DNA from: Nitrospinota bacterium
GTDB lineage: Bacteria; UBA8248
Reading direction: 5' to 3'
Length of the DNA stretch: 64,000 nucleotides
Assembly (NCBI GenBank): GCA_036231405.1
Contig: JAZAHK010000046.1
Location: 128,001 to 192,000, forward strand
A model generated the notes under the pieces. It searched no databases and was not told the origin of the DNA. It worked only from the letters and a program-made list of their open reading frames with translations. The position numbers and the translations under genes were made by a program. Positions 59,012 through 64,000 of this stretch are shown here, piece by piece (position 1 is the first letter of the stretch; each line of letters starts with the position of its first letter).

Positions 59012-60379
59012 ATGGGTGAACAGAAAGTTAATTTTTTGCTAGAACTCAAGGGGAAAAGAGTTGTTGTTATGGGAATGGGTGTAACTGGAAGGGCGGTTGC
59101 CAAATTTTTAAAAGGAAAATGTAGAGAACTAATTCTTACAGATAGTCAAAAGGTAGATGGTTTTGACTCAGGAAATATACAGGTTGAGTTTGAAGGTCAC
59201 AGGAAAGAAACTTTTGAAAATTGTGATCTTCTTATTGTTAGTCCAGGTATTCCTTCAAAAAACTTTTTTATAGACACAGCCCTTTCAACTGGGGCAGAAG
59301 TCATTAGTGAAGTCGAGTTTGCTTGGAAACTATCTGATGTTCCTCTTATTTCAATTACAGGTACAAATGGCAAGACTACGACTCTAACGTTGCTTGCAGA
59401 AATCCTTGAAAATAGTGGTTTTAAAATTTCCGTAGGAGGGAATATCGGTAGACCATTGATTGATGTGGTCCAAAATCAGACCAATGATTTAGATTTCATT
59501 TTAAGTGAGATAAGTAGTTTTCAACTCGAATTGTCCCCTAGTATTCGTCCGCATCTTTCAATGATTACGAATGTTACACACGATCATATTGGAAGGCATA
59601 AATCTATTGAGGATTATTTGGCGGTTAAAACAAAGTTGTTATCTAATCAGAAAAAGTGTGATGTGAAAGTAATTAATGTCGATGATCCAATGACGAGATA
59701 TCTTGAGTTTGAGGGCATTCAGAAAACCCTTTCTTTCAGTAGAAAAAAGAAGGTCCAGAGAGGTGCTTTTGTAAAGGATGAAAAAATATTCGTAGCGTTA
59801 AAAGATAGAATTAAGGAAGTATGTAGTGTGGCAGAAATGAATCTGAAAGGGCTTCACAATCTAGAGAACTTTTTGGGTGCTTGCACAGCAGGTTTTTTCT
59901 TAGGGGCTGACCTCGTTGCAATCAGACAAACTGCCACAAGTTTTCAAGGTCTTCCTCATCGTATGGAATTAATTTCAGAAGAAGACGGAATTACATGGAT
60001 CAATGATTCAAAAGCTACGAATGTGGGCGCTACGAAAATGAGTATTTTGAGTTTTGAAAGAGATATTTTTTTGATTGCAGGAGGGTTTGACAAGAACAGT
60101 GAACTGGAATTTATTTTGCCTGCGGTGAAATCTAGAGTCAAAAAAATGTTTCTGATTGGTGAAGCTGCAAAAAGATTTTATGAATTTTTTAAAAATGAAG
60201 TTGAGACGGAGATAGTCTCTAACTTAGAGACAGCTGTTTCGGTGATCTCGAGTGAAGCAACTTCTGGGCAAGTTGTTTTGTTTTCTCCGGCATGTTCAAG
60301 CTTTGATCAATTTGATGATTATATAGATCGTGGAAATTGTTTTAGAGAATTAGTCCATAGAAGCAAAGAGATTTCGTAA
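59012..60379 (+). CDS. murD: UDP-MurNAc-L-Ala--D-glutamate ligase
   Basis: SPGI, TGTNGKTT, SSFQL, NDSKATN, SPACSSFD. Confidence 0.97.
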   Translation: MGEQKVNFLLELKGKRVVVMGMGVTGRAVAKFLKGKCRELILTDSQKVDGFDSGNIQVEFEGHRKETFENCDLLIVSPGIPSKNFFIDTALSTGAEVISEVEFAWKLSDVPLISITGTNGKTTTLTLLAEILENSGFKISVGGNIGRPLIDVVQNQTNDLDFILSEISSFQLELSPSIRPHLSMITNVTHDHIGRHKSIEDYLAVKTKLLSNQKKCDVKVINVDDPMTRYLEFEGIQKTLSFSRKKKVQRGAFVKDEKIFVALKDRIKEVCSVAEMNLKGLHNLENFLGACTAGFFLGADLVAIRQTATSFQGLPHRMELISEEDGITWINDSKATNVGATKMSILSFERDIFLIAGGFDKNSELEFILPAVKSRVKKMFLIGEAAKRFYEFFKNEVETEIVSNLETAVSVISSEATSGQVVLFSPACSSFDQFDDYIDRGNCFRELVHRSKEIS

Positions 60380-61561
60380 ATGCAAAGAAAAAGTATGGAT
60401 AGGACAGTTCTATATACAGTGTTATGTCTAAGTGTTCTTGGTTTGATTATGGTTTCCAGCGCTAGCAATATAATCGCATATGAGAAGTATGGAGATTCGT
60501 ATTATTTTATAAAACGACAGGGATTATGGATGTTTTTGGGTTTCATCTCTATGTTCTTTTTTTTCATGCTCGATATAGATAGATTCAGAAATATGTCTTT
60601 ATTTTTTGTCTTTCTGATTTGGATTTTTCTTGCTCTTGTTTTCTTTCCTGGTTTTGGTCGAACAGCAGGTGGAGCTTCTAGATGGATAGGGGTTGGTTCT
60701 TTTACTTTCCAACCCGCAGAGTTTTCTAAAATTGTAATCATTTATCATTTGGCTAATTTACTGAGTAAAAAGAAAAAGATTAAAAATGAGCCTAGGACGG
60801 TTTTTTTACATTTTGTTTTAGTAGTTGGGACAACTTTGGCATTAATACTAGCTCAACCTGATCTAGGAACTGCCTTTCTTATAATAATTGTTGGTGGAAT
60901 CTTATTGTATTTAGCAGGGATTAAATGTTACTATGTGCTCGTTTATGTGCTAGGTACTAGTTTTTTGTGTTCTTTAATGGTTTTCCTTGTACCGTGGCGT
61001 TTTAAACGCATCGTAGCTTTTCTGGATCCTTTTGCAGATCCGCTCGGGATGGGTTACCAACTCATACAATCTCTTTTAGCTATCGCCCGTGGTGGAATTA
61101 CAGGTTTGGGTATAGGTGATAGCAAACAAAAACTTTTTTATCTTCCAGAGCCGCATACAGATTTCATTTTTTCGGTTTTAGGTGAAGAACTCGGATTGAT
61201 CGTGTGTTTCTTTGTCTTGATTCTCTTTTCCATCGTTCTTTTTCGTGGATTTAAGATCGCCTATCATTGTTCTAATAATTTTCAAGCCCTCCTAGCTTTT
61301 GGGACCACACTATTAATCTCAGTTCAGGGTCTTTTAAATATGTCGGTTGCTACTGGTTTAGTCCCTACTACAGGAATCCCTCTTCCAATGATTAGCTTAG
61401 GAGGTTCGTCGATTTTGATAACACTTTCTTCTATAGGAATCTTAATGAATATCAGTTCAAGGAATTCCCTAAGCTCTGATTATGAAAAGTTCGGAATTCC
61501 TAAAAGGGTACAACGAAGTCGAAATATCAAAAATGCCAGGACAAGAAATTTGAGGAGATGA
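60380..61561 (+). CDS. ftsW: Peptidoglycan polymerase FtsW
   Basis: GASRWI, QPAEFSK, QPDLGT, LPEPHTDFI, GEELG. Confidence 0.97.
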   Translation: MQRKSMDRTVLYTVLCLSVLGLIMVSSASNIIAYEKYGDSYYFIKRQGLWMFLGFISMFFFFMLDIDRFRNMSLFFVFLIWIFLALVFFPGFGRTAGGASRWIGVGSFTFQPAEFSKIVIIYHLANLLSKKKKIKNEPRTVFLHFVLVVGTTLALILAQPDLGTAFLIIIVGGILLYLAGIKCYYVLVYVLGTSFLCSLMVFLVPWRFKRIVAFLDPFADPLGMGYQLIQSLLAIARGGITGLGIGDSKQKLFYLPEPHTDFIFSVLGEELGLIVCFFVLILFSIVLFRGFKIAYHCSNNFQALLAFGTTLLISVQGLLNMSVATGLVPTTGIPLPMISLGGSSILITLSSIGILMNISSRNSLSSDYEKFGIPKRVQRSRNIKNARTRNLRR

Positions 61562-62664
61562 AATTGCGTTTAATGATTGCCGGTGGAGGAACAGGGGGAC
61601 ATGTTTATCCTGGTGTTGCCGTTGCGCGCACTTGGTTAGATGATTCCGAAGAGAATCAAGTATTATTCGTAGGCCCAAAAAGAGGATTACTTTCGAAAAT
61701 TCTTGAACGTGAGAGACTCCCTTTGAAGAGTATTAAAGCTTCTGGTTTTGTTGGTGTAAAAATAGGAAAAAAAATTCTTTCGATTTTTCAGTTGATACGT
61801 GCATTTTTCGAATCCTTAGAAATCATCAAAGATTTTGATCCTCACGTTGTTTTAGGGGTGGGAGGTTATGCGAGTGTTTCCCCCATACTTGCAGCTTGGC
61901 TGAAAAGAAAGCCTATTGTTCTAATAGAGCAAAATTCAGTTCCTGGTATTGCCAATAGAATTTTATCCCCTTTCGCATCAAAGATTGCATTAGGATTGCC
62001 CTTGCAGAAAGATTTCTTCTCGAAGAGTAAGACCGTTAATACTGGCCTCCCTCTCAGAACTGAATTTGATTCTCGCGGTGAACGTGAAAGGTCTTTTTGG
62101 AATGGACCTTTGAAAATTTTGGTTTTTGGTGGGAGTCAAGGAGCTACTGCTATTAATGATGTTGTTGTCAGGACTTTGCCGCTCCTACATGCATTTTGTG
62201 GCCAATTACAGTTTGTTCATCAGACAGGAGAGGGTGATGTTGATTGGGTTCGTAGTGCATACGAGAAAGAGCAACTAGATGGTGATGTGAGGAGTTTTCT
62301 GTTTGATATAGTTGACAAATATCGTTGGGCTCATTTTGTAATAGCAAGATCGGGTGCTGTAACTGTTGCCGAAATTACGGCGATGGCTCTACCTGCGCTT
62401 TTAATTCCTTTTCCTGGTGCAACACATAGTCACCAAGAAGCGAACGCTAAATTTCTCTCGAACGAAGGGGCTGCAATTGCATTGAAACAAGAAGAATTAG
62501 AACCTCAAGTGCTTTTTTCTATTATTTCAAAACTTATTCTAGATAGAAATATTTTGTATGAAATGTCGAGTAAAACACAAGATTTATTTATCACATGCAG
62601 TAGGATTTCTGTGGCCCAAATTTGTAGAGATTCTACTAGTGTACGAAATAGTCAGGGAATTTAA
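61558..62664 (+). CDS. murG: Lipid II GlcNAc transferase MurG
   Basis: GGGTGGH, GGY, EQN, GGSQGA, HQEANA. Confidence 0.97.
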   Translation: MKLRLMIAGGGTGGHVYPGVAVARTWLDDSEENQVLFVGPKRGLLSKILERERLPLKSIKASGFVGVKIGKKILSIFQLIRAFFESLEIIKDFDPHVVLGVGGYASVSPILAAWLKRKPIVLIEQNSVPGIANRILSPFASKIALGLPLQKDFFSKSKTVNTGLPLRTEFDSRGERERSFWNGPLKILVFGGSQGATAINDVVVRTLPLLHAFCGQLQFVHQTGEGDVDWVRSAYEKEQLDGDVRSFLFDIVDKYRWAHFVIARSGAVTVAEITAMALPALLIPFPGATHSHQEANAKFLSNEGAAIALKQEELEPQVLFSIISKLILDRNILYEMSSKTQDLFITCSRISVAQICRDSTSVRNSQGI

Positions 62665-64000
62665 ATGATTAACGAGCAGGAAATGAATGGTACAAAATTC
62701 CTTCGTTCCATCAAAGTTCACTTTGTTGGAATAGGAGGAACGGGCATGTGTGGTATTGCAGAATTGCTAATTAATTTAAATTATTCAGTGAGTGGTTCCG
62801 ACATATCAATCAATGATGCCATTATCCGTTTGAAAGAGTTGGGGGCTAAATTTGCGGAGGGTCATAATAAGGACAATGTGACTAGTGCAAGTGTCGTAGT
62901 TTATAGTTCTGCAATTAAACCCAATAATGTAGAGTTAGTTGAGGCAAGAAAAAGAAAAATTCCAACAATCCCAAGAGCAGAAATGCTAGGCGAACTAATG
63001 AGGATGAAATACAGTATTGCTATTGCTGGTTCACATGGAAAAACGACAACTACATCGTTGGTAGCTTCTATATTGTATAGGGATTCACTAGATCCAACAT
63101 TTGTGATTGGAGGAAGATTAAATGCGTTTGGATCAAATGCAAGATTAGGAGAAGGAGAATTTCTTGTTGCGGAGGCCGATGAAAGTGATGGAACTTTTCT
63201 TGATTTATCCCCTACCGTTGCTCTTGTTACTAATGTCGACGAGGAACATCTTGATTTTTATGAGAATTATCAAAGTATTAAAGATGCATTTCTACAATTT
63301 GTAAATAAGGTTCCTTTCTATGGCTTCTCAGTACTTTGTTACGATAATCTGGCCATTAGAGAAATCATCCCAAACATCGAAAAAAGGTTTTTCACTTACG
63401 GATTTGATCCCTCATCTGATTATCTTGGTAAAGATTTTCGTTATGTTGGTGAAAAAGGTTTTTTTGATGTTTATCACCTTGGAAGCAGATTAGGCGAGAT
63501 TCAAGTTCCAATGCCGGGGATGCATAATGCGTCTAATGCTTTGGGTGCTGTTGCTTTAGCTATGGAAATAAATATTCCATTTGAATCCGTGAAAATTGGA
63601 TTAGAGGAATTTGAAGGGATTAGTAGAAGGATGGAATTTTTAGGAGAAGTATCTGGAATTTCATTATACGATGATTACGGACACCATCCAGAAGAGATAA
63701 AAGCTACATTGAAAGCTTTGAAAGAGTCATGTCCTGAGAGGAGGATCGTTGTTGTTTTTCAACCCCACAGGTTCTCACGAACACAGCATTTATTAAAATC
63801 TTTCGTGTCCTCATTTGATGATGCGGACTTACTTTTTGTAGCGCCGATATATTCTGCCGGTGAAGCTCCTATTAAAGGGGTAAATTCTTCTGCATTGGTT
63901 AAAGGGATTCATTCTTATGGGCAGAAATTGTGTGTTGAAATCGAAAACTTCAATGATGGGATAGAGAAGCTTTTACGCGTCCTGAGTCGTAATGATTTGT
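62665..64000 (+). CDS. murC: UDP-N-acetylmuramate--L-alanine ligase, 3' end outside window
   Basis: Not in the ORF track (no stop in window). Manual translation from ATG 62665 gives HFVGIGGTGMCGIA, AGSHGKTTT, EADESDG, DDYGHHP, FQPHR. Confidence 0.97.
   Translation, partial: MINEQEMNGTKFLRSIKVHFVGIGGTGMCGIAELLINLNYSVSGSDISINDAIIRLKELGAKFAEGHNKDNVTSASVVVYSSAIKPNNVELVEARKRKIPTIPRAEMLGELMRMKYSIAIAGSHGKTTTTSLVASILYRDSLDPTFVIGGRLNAFGSNARLGEGEFLVAEADESDGTFLDLSPTVALVTNVDEEHLDFYENYQSIKDAFLQFVNKVPFYGFSVLCYDNLAIREIIPNIEKRFFTYGFDPSSDYLGKDFRYVGEKGFFDVYHLGSRLGEIQVPMPGMHNASNALGAVALAMEINIPFESVKIGLEEFEGISRRMEFLGEVSGISLYDDYGHHPEEIKATLKALKESCPERRIVVVFQPHRFSRTQHLLKSFVSSFDDADLLFVAPIYSAGEAPIKGVNSSALVKGIHSYGQKLCVEIENFNDGIEKLLRVLSRNDL

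Overview
AT-rich bacterial chromosomal segment with almost all genes on the + strand. No mobile elements, CRISPR arrays or rRNA were seen. The first ~10 kb is an accessory-looking redox/catabolic block. It holds an M20 amidohydrolase (truncated by the window edge), a two-subunit pyruvate:ferredoxin oxidoreductase, a beta-hydroxyacid dehydrogenase, a Zn alcohol dehydrogenase, tandem Gfo/Idh/MocA paralogs, a nitroreductase, and a hidden selenoprotein: a UxxC glutaredoxin fused to a DinB-type domain, with an in-frame TGA and a SECIS-like hairpin, which the ORF track truncates. The rest is core housekeeping: trpS-ileS-lspA-rluD, thiolase/3-hydroxyacyl-CoA dehydrogenase, gcvTHP plus lipoyl ligase, two DUF507 genes, coaE-rho-rpmE-prfA-prmC-murA, the his operon, dnaG-rpoD-tRNA(CAT)-zinc ribbon protein-rnhA-rnpB, ilvA-purH-folC-folP-panE-panB, and the dcw cluster from mraZ to murC. 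The gene order suggests a Gram-negative lineage resembling deltaproteobacteria or Nitrospinota (inference only). The most notable observations are the Sec-glutaredoxin-DinB fusion, a 48-bp tandem repeat giving RpoD a lysine-rich N-terminal tail, and an rnhA gene with no canonical start codon.
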